A stretch of DNA of 64,000 nt from Fibrobacterales bacterium (GCA_051532055.1 JAOPTX010000003.1:1-64000), one strand, 5' to 3'; positions 29,901 to 39,332 are shown, counted from the first letter of the stretch. Made by a program: numbers and translations. Notes: a model not told the origin generated them from the sequence alone.

Positions 29901-30254
29901 TGGGACGTTATCTGGAATGAAGCCTTTGACATACACGCACTGATATGATATTTGACATGAGTCCACCTTTTCAATTGTTAATGGAATGACTACTGAAGAA
30001 TCTGGAAAACTATAGAGACTCGCAGTGATACTTGTTGAGCTTGAATCGTAATCAGCCTTCCACTCGAGCCAACCTTGTGTGCCTCCAAGCTGTATGAGGA
30101 GCCGCAATGTATCAGCTCTGTATGCTGAAGGAGTTGCGGTTACACTATCAGGAAGAAGTGGGTTATCAATGATGAGAAAATTATTGAAATATGCCTGAGA
30201 GTATACTGCTTGCGTAATGAGCAGTCCTAGAATGAAAATGAGTATCTTTTTCAT
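23931..30254 (-). CDS. Giant (~2107 aa) secreted/surface protein with Ig-like repeats and C-terminal FlgD/T9SS-like sorting domain
   Basis: Start moved to ATG 30254 (GGAGG RBS); signal peptide; C-terminal NFPNPF...KVY...G...W...G....SGIYIY. Confidence 0.85.
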   Translation of the reverse strand: MKKILIFILGLLITQAVYSQAYFNNFLIIDNPLLPDSVTATPSAYRADTLRLLIQLGGTQGWLEWKADYDSSSTSITASLYSFPDSSVVIPLTIEKVDSCQISYQCVYVKGFIPDNVPLNEYRIETTSPSSTPTIITQSFFLFDKATALWNYTNNELTLWFSEALASMMQDSLTFTFSREGFPNDSLIIHSWVGNPSSGFDSTIIDLSTYGPTMPDYMHHGSNLQLRYLETDFIMQSSGESLQPAIVPVQVVGSPYFISKAEINPDDSLLILYFHEKIDPAYIDNTHTITVTNNSSVFSFYTVLDRLLYIGDSTMAVLQLPPLTPGLDSTAWRLEVNPNTFVNLMNTDPNATIVATDNFIIHQTAPASPTLDSAVLSNYTSNLSLFWSDPVIYDSMPGLNIIALDPSGVYQSHVDISSHYIYTTTGDSTAIWWDGILTDTLFNWLARDWQLSIHIGYGQYRDSVSGDLVTLQNIPLTIRDDYVQMMIVDPKYSLDTNSHYFFDIALMHTVHDPSHYIVTGVSGNESAISNGNLTFHWTGTHWLMEFYTGPNMDTVSINITIQSPIDGSSTTYSFSPSLGDYPQAPFTPKAVQIMVDSITQKEYLSIEMLHHVSLGNPNTFSLKVYNDPFLNSLYTEFSFDSLNNQFLNDSAAILRLSVTPTQKSMIESWIAAGKYLVFRTYSGFAQSLITGQQLPETLFDVKLWEQYPPPFEIIGPTFIQIPYTQTGDSIAYFAYDEYYQTDIEVYATSTNPTLISPIDSSLSPGPLYYFPYTLSGAIGQCSLQIDAYNMSYEYMDTMTSFVDIYNPGNSAHYALLAPSTATVTTHSTTTLIATVTSKYTIEGMTVTANVSSGLIAPENISVTKATYNTWSVAVSSNGLTGSESITLNLIHETFGLMHSTTIFLQIYLPTVTLSIGAYSDSVNYENITTIGITTAVGFPLAIDWGLTTGLSPSSLILNNMGGGVWSLNVTPTLEEWGPVHIAIDATDGYGGILSTTVLNFYVKPPLHTFIVEDFAPIIGQNEMRTIRVSIHPDLTLTVESGEINVITNSGLRWVNMGNGQWVIYVTPDEGQWGFADLLIQTYDINNTNVGSHQVAIEVANEDDSYFEPCNAFCLQRAVFEHNLFNSSILFEFNEQIEFVQSGAIHLIAYRYESSDDPAPELLQEMAFDVDSQTQLNSNSIQFALTASEATLIKKMYLQSNVFLAEINAPLFRGLSTNTVNTNRAAPVDLEQGATLQLYAAQYEPFEHKLQLTFDGNLDPSSLIPGSLIKIKEHGLDISDRESVDILLQKFFFGDEDCGDCNENVQQLTVFINEQEHQSLQSFQYKNNLIIHLDNGLLRGTNNQFLQESTFEYTIPLTYGVSYGSNWVTAATFDIEEKLLKLTLSTGLSSYQSVQIDLDFTTTSLFLIFGVRDSMLTSDGPPLDMQSNTMYLRTNEDDFTFYPSDSTLFIQLNTDHSDEAEYWRTYYNAVLENEMVIYLHHGVLTNTENVINPDLTFTVDLGKVTLPDDSTYIPPDDSLSPPATDSTFDLSAPEVDLKKFDGVTYFIMGDLWKVNTSTSSFSFNAYTAQYEEYTTGDRVYLEADTYYNVVRNSGTLYSATTTIPGSAYASLDLSIKSTGTAYRIQFLSSSVKDVENARFAYIVVNLKTAIADTVLDFHKSSIDKFGLSGDSFRVSAFITSLIDADSTFIQSFSITNDISLTAPRTIIVPAQTWQMVSFGSRPYQTSQLDNTVSLFWWYDAAFRDLLYDRYLSKENIDEVLPGQSAWIKSDSTLTLSLAFDTSLVSVDITKGDDGWNQVSNPYGFNLDTEAFGSREFFKWNGSNYNLVNYLIPGEGYWTTVSRDEAIDIERVVAWDDTEHITSNTLFKHATPTKGDWDITINLKALNTDLHDAYNAIGIKPYATNDIDAFDKRELPTALGDAVYLSFVQNNLLFRTDYKSKIEEYATWNITVGTTIKDPLRALFTLNNLKDIQQLGYTFHLVEGGSHTLLENPDTEIILNGTKNYTLIVSENDYAITHLLKGPSVYNFPNPFKTHTTIQLLQIPRTGSTITLKVYTANGNLIFEDTYPFAESIRWEPVDAKGTPLKSGIYIYQITTGSTVVRNTMHIAD

Positions 30255-30479
30255 TGCGACCTCCCGGCTCTCTGTTCCTTTTAGATTATAACTTTGTACA
30301 TAAATAAGCCACAACTTAGTTCAGTTAATAGAAGTAATTTTTCTGATAAAATGAATAGTAAAAAAAGCTCTAAAGACTCTATAGGTAGAGCTTAATAAAC
30401 CCAATATTGGGTTGTGTTATTTTAAGATACGCAGGGAGTATTTAGGCTAAAATTGAAGTAAGTTCAAATTGAGGAGGTT

Positions 30480-30938
30480 TTAAAACCAGTCACCCAATGT
30501 AAGATCATAGGTGACTTCGACTTCTTCATAGCAGATGCCTTCACAATATTCTATTGAGGAGTTTTCAAGAGAACCGCCATCCACTGCAGTAATAAATTTA
30601 TCACCGACTGCATAATTAATTGTAGCTGAATAACTTCCGACAGGGAGTGAAAAAAAGGTTTTGGATTCAGAAATGAGCTTTGTTAGAACGACCTGATTAA
30701 GTTCAAAGTCTCCGGCGTAAATGGTCACTGTGACTTGTGGGTTTTCCTCATTAATAGTTGCTTCTATTGTGATATCTCCGGCTTCACTAGGAGTACTAAT
30801 ACAGGATTTCCAGATGGGACGCTCAACGCAATCTTCTTCATTTTGAGTAGTGCAACTGAACAGTATTGTTAAACTAATCAGTGCAGCACTTATTGCTGTG
30901 AGACGACATACATAGGGTAGATTTTTAAACTTACTCAT
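30480..30938 (-). CDS. Hypothetical lipoprotein
   Basis: Start ATG 30938 overlaps the upstream stop; lipobox LFSC; additional Cys residues. Confidence 0.7.
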   Translation of the reverse strand: MSKFKNLPYVCRLTAISAALISLTILFSCTTQNEEDCVERPIWKSCISTPSEAGDITIEATINEENPQVTVTIYAGDFELNQVVLTKLISESKTFFSLPVGSYSATINYAVGDKFITAVDGGSLENSSIEYCEGICYEEVEVTYDLTLGDWF

Positions 30939-31467
30939 TATCGATTCCCTGTATGAGGTTATAGATTGAATTGCTGATAAACACATTGAGAGTAATATGG
31001 TGGTTTGTGACATGTTCAGCCTTCATATAGCGATAATAGACACCAAAATGAGATCGTATATACCCTACCTTTATTACAGGTATAAACCCCGTTTCCCCTT
31101 TTTTTGCAGTGCCACTATAATGACTTCCTGAATAAGCCGCTCCCGCCATAAGGGCTAGAATATTTTTATCAAAGAAAAAGTATTTTTCGGCATTGAGGCC
31201 AATAGTATATCTCAATTCTCTAAATTGATAATAAGAATTTTGATCTACAGTCACCAGAACTTTTTTTTCGTAAGGCCTCACGGTGAACATAGGTCCAAAT
31301 GAGAGTTTTAAAGAACGAGAGAGGCCTTTAAGTTCACCTCCGAGCAGAATATCTTCATGGTTGAATCCAAACTCAAGTGAAGGGATGTAATAGTCCATAG
31401 GGTTAGAGAAACTGATTGTAGAAAAGAGAAGACTGAAGAGAATGATTATTTTTAAATGCCTTTTCAT
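30931..31467 (-). CDS. Putative small outer-membrane beta-barrel protein
   Basis: Signal peptide; alternating aromatic/Gly strands. Confidence 0.55.
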   Translation of the reverse strand: MKRHLKIIILFSLLFSTISFSNPMDYYIPSLEFGFNHEDILLGGELKGLSRSLKLSFGPMFTVRPYEKKVLVTVDQNSYYQFRELRYTIGLNAEKYFFFDKNILALMAGAAYSGSHYSGTAKKGETGFIPVIKVGYIRSHFGVYYRYMKAEHVTNHHITLNVFISNSIYNLIQGIDNE

Positions 31468-31583
31468 ATCAATAAGAATTACTTTTTTTAAATGGATAGG
31501 TTAAATGGTACAAATAAATATGAGGTTGACTATGGGGGTTGAGCGTTTTGATTGACCACAGGTATAAATTTAGAAGACTCTTA

Positions 31584-32489
31584 CTAATCATCGCCACACC
31601 AAAGACGAAGAGGATAACGCTCCTGCAGGGTATGTTGAGGTAGGGGCGCTCCCAACTCACCATTCACGACTGCCTTTGTCTCGTATGTCACCGCACTCTC
31701 TATGTGAGCCTCAGGAATGAGGGACCCTAACATTTCTTTGTTAGATTGCTTTGCATGTTCATTATTTTTAGCCTCTACTTTTTTAATTGCCTCCGCTTTC
31801 TCTTTTGCAGTCGCCCGTGCTTTCGCATTACGCTTGCGATAAAACGCACTGGTAAAAAACCGATGTTCTACACTTCCTTTTTTGTAAATTCGGTTCGCGA
31901 GCAGTCGTACAGTATCGACACTCCGTTTCAGATTGAGATAAGCAGAATCCCGCAGCTTTTTATAATGAGTATCCATCCGATCAAGTTGCGCGGCAGTTTG
32001 CATACAACAGATATTTTCACTATAGAAGAGAGCTTGCTCTCCCAAAGAAGGGTCGATTTTGATTTTTTTAAGAAGGTGATAGTCCTTATGCCAAAGGGTG
32101 CCCAGTATTCTGAGATCCGTAACGAGACAACTTATTGACTTGTCCTTTTTCATATTAGCTAATAGAGCTCGTCTTATATTTGCATCATTATGATACACGA
32201 GTTTGAGGTAAAATATCATGGTATAGCGGAGTTCAAATGCTTTAGGCGCTGTCTCTTTCCAGCGTTTTTGGTGTTCTGTACTAACATTTTGCTCAGTTTT
32301 GAAGGTGCGCTCGGCCTGTCGCAGTGTTAGTATCTGCTGTTCTAATCGGTCAGAGAGGTCTCGGTCATAGTGTTGAAACTTATGGTACACCTCAAAGCGG
32401 TGAGCCATGGTATCGAGCTTTTCAGCCTCTTTAATATAGTCCGCTATGGGCATAACTGCCGGTGAACGTGGGGTACGTCGCTTTGTCAT
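31584..32489 (-). CDS. Hypothetical alpha-helical basic protein
   Basis: Long ORF to 32756; probable start ATG 32489 (uncertain). Confidence 0.6.
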   Translation of the reverse strand: MTKRRTPRSPAVMPIADYIKEAEKLDTMAHRFEVYHKFQHYDRDLSDRLEQQILTLRQAERTFKTEQNVSTEHQKRWKETAPKAFELRYTMIFYLKLVYHNDANIRRALLANMKKDKSISCLVTDLRILGTLWHKDYHLLKKIKIDPSLGEQALFYSENICCMQTAAQLDRMDTHYKKLRDSAYLNLKRSVDTVRLLANRIYKKGSVEHRFFTSAFYRKRNAKARATAKEKAEAIKKVEAKNNEHAKQSNKEMLGSLIPEAHIESAVTYETKAVVNGELGAPLPQHTLQERYPLRLWCGDD

Positions 32490-33058
32490 TATCAGTCTCT
32501 CTTTGTAACTCATTGGAAGGTGTCTGTTTTTCCTAAGTATTAGACGATTGGTGTCATAATTTGGTGCTAAGAAACTATAACATTGTGGAATTATGGAGAA
32601 AACATGCTCAATATAAGGCAATACTGGACGTCTTAGTGTGTGAGTATCCAGGATTGAGTGGTGCACACTCATTATTTTTTGCAATTGGTAGGAGTCTGAG
32701 GGCGTTTCTGGGTGATTCTTTAGAGTAATTTGTTGGATTAATCCATGCACATTCATGGAATGGGTATTGCGACAGCAATTTTTTGTGATATATGCTTTTT
32801 ATCAGTGGTGTGAGTCTCATAATCAATACATATATTTCCCTTAATTCAGTACAAACTTGTTAAAGAGTAAGAATATCTCTGTTAGAGACATTCAAAGTGA
32901 CATATTATTCCGTATTGAGTGTTTATGTGAGTATTAGATGCATATTAAAGTGTTTCTAATTGTAACGTCGGCTTGTTTGAGAGGCTTAAAGTTTTTACTT
33001 TGACCGCACAGTCAGATTTGCAGAAATTATTGGTGTTTTTAGAAACTTAGGAAAGCGT

Positions 33059-34426
33059 ATGAAGATTATTGGAATGATACTTGTTGGTGCAGTGATAGCT
33101 TTTGCTGTTGATACACCAATTAAAAGTCTCAGTGATATATTGGCACGGGCAAAAAAAGGGACCGATAAAAGTGCTCTTATAGATGATGGTATCGCATCAG
33201 GTGTTGAAGAAGCAAAGGCTTATGCTGGATCAGCTTATCCTCAAATAGGGCTCACCAGTTCGTATATGTACTCATATTCTCCAACGAATAGTCAGTCACA
33301 GGGGGTAAGCCAGTTCTCACTTGACAATACTCATACTCGACTCTTTAATGTGGAACTGGGCTTTTCACAGACTTTAAATGTGTTTCGTCTAGGGCTCGTG
33401 CTCGAGATGGAAAAGCAGCAAGTTAAAACACTTGAAAGTAAACGAGCCTTTGAGATGGATATGTACTATCTTGCTGCCATTCAGCATTATGTGGAAGCAC
33501 TCTATTCGCAGTATCAGTATGAACTTGATTCGAATTCATTGGCCATTTATCGTGATCTTTTGGCTATGACTGCTATTGATGTGGACGCAGGAGTAAAGTC
33601 GAGTGTTGATGAGATGCAGATCAAAGCACAAGTAGGACTTGCTGAGGCATCAAAACACCAATCATATAATAGAAGTACTATAGCTCTTCGGGCCCTCAGT
33701 GACTTTTTAAACCTCAAGGACTTGAGTTCAATTCAACTCCATTTAGGTGGCCTTAATTTTGATCTGTTTGAAATTGCAGATAAAAAAGGTGAGGGAGTAA
33801 CCAAACAGGTAGTACTTCTCGAAAATCAATTGATGATTGCACAGCAAGTTGCTGAGTACCAAAACTCTTTAAAATATCCCGATATTGCTCTTGTGGGTGG
33901 GGTAAAGCATGATTTTATGAACATGAGTTTCGACCCTCTTTCAGTTGCAGGGTCAAACCCCAATGATCCACCAACAGTTTATGACGGCATGAGTCCAAAT
34001 GAAACTGATGAATACTATAGTCCTAAACACTATGACTATAGCATTGGTGTGGCTGTTACCGTCCCCGTATTTACGGGTGGTTCTGTTACCGCAAATGCAA
34101 AAAAAGCTGAGATTGATGCGCGTATCGCAAAACGTACTGTGATGATAGCCAAGAGAGAACAAAAAAGTAAAGCAATTGATGCGGTTAATAATCTTGCTGC
34201 TATACGGAATATGTTAAAAGCCCTCACAATGAGTGTTGAGACTTCTAAAATTGTTTTTGAGCAGAAACAGAGCGACTATAAAGTGGGCGATATTTCCCTT
34301 CTTGATTTTAAACAGTCAGAACAAGACTATAACACTGTTAACACTGAATTTTTTAAAGCACAGCTGCAAGAACTCCTTGCGCTGGTAAATGTGCGTTTAA
34401 CGCAGGGGTATGTAATCTATGAATAA
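33059..34426 (+). CDS. TolC-family outer membrane efflux protein
   Basis: YPQIGL, YPDIAL, VPVFTGG motifs; first gene of an RND operon. Confidence 0.88.
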   Translation: MKIIGMILVGAVIAFAVDTPIKSLSDILARAKKGTDKSALIDDGIASGVEEAKAYAGSAYPQIGLTSSYMYSYSPTNSQSQGVSQFSLDNTHTRLFNVELGFSQTLNVFRLGLVLEMEKQQVKTLESKRAFEMDMYYLAAIQHYVEALYSQYQYELDSNSLAIYRDLLAMTAIDVDAGVKSSVDEMQIKAQVGLAEASKHQSYNRSTIALRALSDFLNLKDLSSIQLHLGGLNFDLFEIADKKGEGVTKQVVLLENQLMIAQQVAEYQNSLKYPDIALVGGVKHDFMNMSFDPLSVAGSNPNDPPTVYDGMSPNETDEYYSPKHYDYSIGVAVTVPVFTGGSVTANAKKAEIDARIAKRTVMIAKREQKSKAIDAVNNLAAIRNMLKALTMSVETSKIVFEQKQSDYKVGDISLLDFKQSEQDYNTVNTEFFKAQLQELLALVNVRLTQGYVIYE

Positions 34427-35534
34427 AATACTACAAATTACAGCAGTAGCACTTTTCACGAGTGTAATTTTTTTGGGGTGCGAAGACGACTCTAAAAGTG
34501 AATCAAATGTTGAGATCAATAGCGAACTCAAAGAGACCATTGTAACGCGCGAAAAAGCAGACATCAAGAGAGTCTCTGTCGTTACTGAGAAGATCACCAA
34601 ACGATCTTTTGAAGAATACTATTCCTACTACGGAGTGATAGAAGCGGAAAACCAGACGACCCTTATCTCCTATAATGGGGGTGAGGTACACCAACTCAAT
34701 GTGAAAGAGGGTCAGTATATTAAGAAAGATACTCCGCTGTGTGATATTGATGCTGATATATATACCACTCAATATGAGGCTGCTCAAACAGCTCAGAGTG
34801 TTGCAGAAGATAACTATAAGCGTCTTCAAAAACATCTTCAGTCGGGGAATACTTCGAGTACCCGAGTAAAACAAGCGAAGCTTGAATATCTCACTGCAAA
34901 ACAGCATGCGTTACAGATGAGGAAAATTGCTCTTGGTGCGGAGTGTCGTTCATCTATTTCAGGAAGAGTTCTCGCAAAACACGTCTCACGATTTGACAAT
35001 ATTTCCCCGGGTACCGCAACACTAACCATTGGTCAAACTGGTGTCCTCAAGGTTAAAGTGGGTATTCCCGAAGATCAGATTTCCGGTTTTAAAGCAGGAA
35101 ATGTTGCAGAAATCCGTCTTTCTAGTGAAAAGGACAAAGTATGGTATGGAAAGATTTATAGTATAGCCCAAGCTCTTGATCCTCAAGAACGTAAATATAT
35201 GGCAGAAGTGCGATTGACTTCTAATGGCAATGATATTCAGCTTGGTTTAGTTGCAAAGGTAAAACTTTTGAGGAAAGTATGGAACGATGCAGTAGTGATA
35301 CCATCTCATACAATTATTTCTCTCGCTACCGAAAATGTGGTTATGGTGAATAATAATGGGGTTGCTCAAAAACGTTCAATAGAAGTCGTCGCTTCTAATG
35401 AGACGGAAGTTCTTGTAACCGGTGCTATCGCTCCTGGTGACGAGATTATTGTAAAAGGGTATGTCAATGTCGTTAACGGAAGCCCACTCAAAATTGTTGA
35501 AAAACCTGTATCTCCAAAAGGTGAAGAAGGGTAA
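34419..35534 (+). CDS. RND efflux periplasmic adaptor (MFP), lipoprotein
   Basis: Lipobox FLGC; GEV...VKEGQ lipoyl half-motif; VVIP; GDEIIVKG. Confidence 0.92.
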   Translation: MNKILQITAVALFTSVIFLGCEDDSKSESNVEINSELKETIVTREKADIKRVSVVTEKITKRSFEEYYSYYGVIEAENQTTLISYNGGEVHQLNVKEGQYIKKDTPLCDIDADIYTTQYEAAQTAQSVAEDNYKRLQKHLQSGNTSSTRVKQAKLEYLTAKQHALQMRKIALGAECRSSISGRVLAKHVSRFDNISPGTATLTIGQTGVLKVKVGIPEDQISGFKAGNVAEIRLSSEKDKVWYGKIYSIAQALDPQERKYMAEVRLTSNGNDIQLGLVAKVKLLRKVWNDAVVIPSHTIISLATENVVMVNNNGVAQKRSIEVVASNETEVLVTGAIAPGDEIIVKGYVNVVNGSPLKIVEKPVSPKGEEG

Positions 35535-35539
35535 ATCAT

Positions 35540-38500
35540 ATGATTAAGAAAATAGTCCACCGTTATATGGCCGTCTTTACTTTGGCCTTTATTATCATCA
35601 TACTGGGAACTACAGCATATTTTGATCTGCCCCGCGAATCTGCCCCAGAGATAAAGCAACCGAAGATCTTTATCAATACTATTTATCCCGGTGTTGCAGC
35701 CAAGGATATTGAAGCGCTGGTAACGCGGCCAATCGAAGAAGAAATAGACGGAACATCAGATGTGAAGCATATCTATTCAACCTCCAAGCAGGGGTTCTCT
35801 TCTATCACAGTGGATTTTAACAGTAATACTAATGTTGAGACTGCCTTGCGAAGAGTGCGTGAACGAGTTGATATTGCAAAGGTTGAGATTCCGAGTGAGG
35901 CAGAAGAGCCCTATGTAAAAGAGCTTAATTTTTCGGACCAACCTATTTTTATCGCTGTTCTTTCTCACCCAGAAGGACTTGAGGTAATAGAAAAACATGC
36001 AGACTATCTTCAAGATGAGATAAAACGAATTAGAGGGGTGCTTGATTGTACTCTTACGGGTAAGCTCGAAAAAGAACTTGCGATTGAAATTGATCCCCTT
36101 AAGCTTAAGCACTACGGACTTTCGTTAGATGATGTGTCAAAAGCGATCCGTGCAGAAAACACTACCATTCCTGGTGGAGTCCTTAAAAACACTTCTAAAC
36201 ATTACTCAATCTCTATCTCAGGTGAGATTAAAGACCCTGCACTCTTTCAAGAGTTGATCATAAAGAATAAGGGTAAGAAAGTGAAGCTCCGCGATCTTGG
36301 TACTGCTCGCTTTTCTTACAAAGAGGCAGAGACCATTTCTCGTATTAATGGCGTTCCCGCAATTTCACTCAATGTAACCAAAAAGAGTGGGGAAAATCTC
36401 ATTCGTATTGCCGATGAAATTAAAGTACTTCTTGCGAAATATGATGAGCAACTCCCCATAAATACCGAGGTACGCCTCTCTTTTGATCAGTCAAAAGATA
36501 TTAAGAACATGGTAGTCGATCTCGAGAATAATATTTTCTCTGGCTTTGTGATGGTTCTAGCAGTAACCCTCTTTTTCTTGGGGTTCAGAAACGCAATGTT
36601 TGTGTCAATGGCGATACCATTCTCAATGCTCCTCTCATTTTTCATTCTACAACTAGCAGGTATCACCCTTAATATGGTGGTACTCTTTAGTCTTGTTCTT
36701 GCACTGGGTATGTTGGTCGATAACGGAATTGTGATTGTGGAGAATATTTTCCGCCACACTGCTAAGGGTAAAGATACGGTGAATGCCGCTATTGATGGTA
36801 CCAGAGAGGTAGCCTTTCCCATTATTGCCTCTACACTCACAACGATTCTCGCTTTTTTCCCCATTATCTTTATGCCGGGTATTATGGGGGAATTCATGTC
36901 ATATATTCCTAAGACGGTTATAATTGTACTCTCAAGTTCACTCTTTGTTGGCCTTGTCATTAATCCTGCTGTCTGTTCTCGGTTCTTAAAAGTATCTGAT
37001 TCCCAGATTAAAAAGATTACTGAGGGGAGTGGCATGTTTCAAAAGGTTCAAGCAATCTATGTCGACCTGCTAAAGGTAGCGCTCAGAAATCCTATTAAAA
37101 TTTTAATGTGTGCTGCTGTAATTTGGGTTTTGGGTATTATGGCTTTTGTTACATTGGGCAAAGAGCCGGTCTTTTTTCCAAGTGTTGATCCACAAGCAGG
37201 TATCATTAACTTGGAGACGCCTCAAGGCACCCCCCTTGAGTTAACTGATGCAGAAATTAAACAGATTGAAAAAGTGGTGAAGCGTACACCGGCTTCAATA
37301 GACAATTACCAGTCTACCATTGGAAATTTAGGTGGTGGGATGGGGGCGAACACCCCAGAATCTCATAAGTCCAATATCCGTTTAGGGTTCACGAGTTACC
37401 TTGAAAGAGAAATTCCTAGTGCAACAACACTCCTTGATCTTAAAGATTCTCTTTCTGATTATATCGGTGCCAACATTAAAGTGACCCAAGTAGAGGATGG
37501 GCCTCCCCAAGGCCATCCTATAAGTTACGAAATAAATGGTCCAGAGTACTCAAAATTTCAAACGTATGTTGATGCAGTTATGGCAATTCTTATTGAGTAT
37601 AAAGAATTTAAGTTGGTAGACAATGATTTTGAAATTGGTAAACCAGAACTTAATGTCTCAATTGATAGAGAAAAAGCAGTACTGCTTGGGGTCCGTACCA
37701 ATCAAATCGCATCTACTATTAGAAACGCAATCAACGGAGGCATCATTTCAACATTTAGATCTGATGAAGATGAGTATGATGTGGTGATTCGCTATAAAGA
37801 TATGTTCCGGCATACGATACAGGATTTGACTAACCTTGAAATTGTTCATGAAGGAAAACGAATTCCGGTGAGCTCAGTTGCAACTATAAAGCGCCAAGCT
37901 GGTCCAGGGGTTATTAAACGAAAAGATCTTAAAAGAACTGTCGAGATTTGGGCTGACTTTAAAGAGGGAGTAGAAAACAAGGAATTGATTAAAGCTGAAA
38001 TTGCAGATCGTATCAATGGTATTGACGTGGCCCATAATTACTTTGTCGGAATTGGAGAAGGGGTTAAGGTACAAGAAGAGGCGACGGCATTTTTAATGAA
38101 AGCTTTTCTTATTGCGGTAATGCTCATAATGATGGTGCTCATATTACAATTTAACTCTCTGACTCAGCCACTCATCATATTGGCATCAGTGATACTCTCT
38201 ATTAGTGGTGTAATGTGGGGCTTTGCGCTCTTTGGTCAGACATTCTCTATCATTACCTCGGGTATTGGTATCATTAGTTTAGCGGGGGTTGTGGTAAATA
38301 ATGCTATCGTACTCATTGATTACACTAACGTCCTTATTAAGCATGAACTCATGGCGCCCTCGGCGGCTCTTATTGAGGCAGGTAAAACTCGACTCCGGCC
38401 AGTACTTCTTACAGCTATTACCACAGTGGTAGGTCTTCTCCCAATGGCATTTGGAGTGAGTTTTGACTTTCACTCATTTTCGATTCAGTGGGATTCAGAA

Positions 38501-38653
38501 TCGTCACAGTGGTGGTCTGCAATGGCATGGGCAATTATATATGGATTAACCTTTGCAACAGTACTCACTTTAATTGTAGTTCCCGTTCTTTTGGAGCTTG
38601 ACTATAAGCTATTTGACCGCGAAAAAGTTATAACTCCTGATAAAGAAGAGTAG
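35540..38653 (+). CDS. RND efflux permease (AcrB/AcrD/AcrF family)
   Basis: GMLVDNGIVIVENI, GVVVNNAIVLID, RLRPVLLTAITT. Confidence 0.95.
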   Translation: MIKKIVHRYMAVFTLAFIIIILGTTAYFDLPRESAPEIKQPKIFINTIYPGVAAKDIEALVTRPIEEEIDGTSDVKHIYSTSKQGFSSITVDFNSNTNVETALRRVRERVDIAKVEIPSEAEEPYVKELNFSDQPIFIAVLSHPEGLEVIEKHADYLQDEIKRIRGVLDCTLTGKLEKELAIEIDPLKLKHYGLSLDDVSKAIRAENTTIPGGVLKNTSKHYSISISGEIKDPALFQELIIKNKGKKVKLRDLGTARFSYKEAETISRINGVPAISLNVTKKSGENLIRIADEIKVLLAKYDEQLPINTEVRLSFDQSKDIKNMVVDLENNIFSGFVMVLAVTLFFLGFRNAMFVSMAIPFSMLLSFFILQLAGITLNMVVLFSLVLALGMLVDNGIVIVENIFRHTAKGKDTVNAAIDGTREVAFPIIASTLTTILAFFPIIFMPGIMGEFMSYIPKTVIIVLSSSLFVGLVINPAVCSRFLKVSDSQIKKITEGSGMFQKVQAIYVDLLKVALRNPIKILMCAAVIWVLGIMAFVTLGKEPVFFPSVDPQAGIINLETPQGTPLELTDAEIKQIEKVVKRTPASIDNYQSTIGNLGGGMGANTPESHKSNIRLGFTSYLEREIPSATTLLDLKDSLSDYIGANIKVTQVEDGPPQGHPISYEINGPEYSKFQTYVDAVMAILIEYKEFKLVDNDFEIGKPELNVSIDREKAVLLGVRTNQIASTIRNAINGGIISTFRSDEDEYDVVIRYKDMFRHTIQDLTNLEIVHEGKRIPVSSVATIKRQAGPGVIKRKDLKRTVEIWADFKEGVENKELIKAEIADRINGIDVAHNYFVGIGEGVKVQEEATAFLMKAFLIAVMLIMMVLILQFNSLTQPLIILASVILSISGVMWGFALFGQTFSIITSGIGIISLAGVVVNNAIVLIDYTNVLIKHELMAPSAALIEAGKTRLRPVLLTAITTVVGLLPMAFGVSFDFHSFSIQWDSESSQWWSAMAWAIIYGLTFATVLTLIVVPVLLELDYKLFDREKVITPDKEE

Positions 38654-38699
38654 ATTCTTAAATAATTAGGTTTTCTTTTTAACATTTCATAATCGGTAC

Positions 38700-38731
38700 A
38701 GGTCCTGTTTTATTAAACAGGACCTTTATTA
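38700..38731 (+). terminator. Intrinsic terminator of the RND operon
   Basis: AGGTCCTGTTT-tatt-AAACAGGACCT-TTATT. Confidence 0.8.
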
Positions 38732-38985
38732 TTTTTAGTCAAATTTCATCAGAATCTCTTAAACGGTGAGTAGGTGGTGTACTTTGAGCTTACTTAAAAT
38801 GGTTAAATTAACGCTTAACAATAGTTACTTTAAGTTTGACTTCACTTTTTTAAGTGCAAAGTGTTTAAATATGTGATATACTCCTGATATACGTCAAAGG
38901 ATCATAACTTGATGAATAGTAACAGGTTAAGAATACTTACCTGTGAAATAGAAGAACGGTACATAAGTGCCGAAGGGAGTAAAAG

Positions 38986-39141
38986 ATGAAACAGAAACTT
39001 AAAGAGGTTATTGCGGCACATGCAGTAGAGCTTGAAAATGGCATTGCATCGGTCCCTATAGATTCCTTTGAGTTGATCATCGATGAGATATTATCTCAGG
39101 CGGGTGATTACATACTCGATTCACTTGAAGAAGCTCTCTAG
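38986..39141 (+). CDS. Small acidic 51-aa protein (not in the ORF track)
   Basis: AAGGGAG RBS; MKQKLKEVIAAHAVELENGIASVPIDSFELIIDEILSQAGDYILDSLEEAL*. Confidence 0.6.
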   Translation: MKQKLKEVIAAHAVELENGIASVPIDSFELIIDEILSQAGDYILDSLEEAL

Positions 39142-39255
39142 TAACAATTCTCTTATTACAAAAATTCAGTAGCTGTAGATCTATACAGAACTTACCCATA
39201 TCTCAGCAAGAAGCATAAAGAAGCTCCCATTACATTTTTTATTTATTTTGAAGGG

Positions 39256-39332
39256 AAAAGAAAAACCCGACCCAAAAGATTAATGATCTTTACGGATCGG
39301 GTTCTCGACACAATGAACTCACATTCATGATA
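39256..39332 (-). ncRNA. Candidate small RNA (GNRA hairpin plus terminator)
   Basis: Extended -10 TGaTATAGT (39346-39338); AUGAAU-GUGA-GUUCAU; terminator AACCCGAUCC...GGGUCGGGUU plus U tract. Confidence 0.5.
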
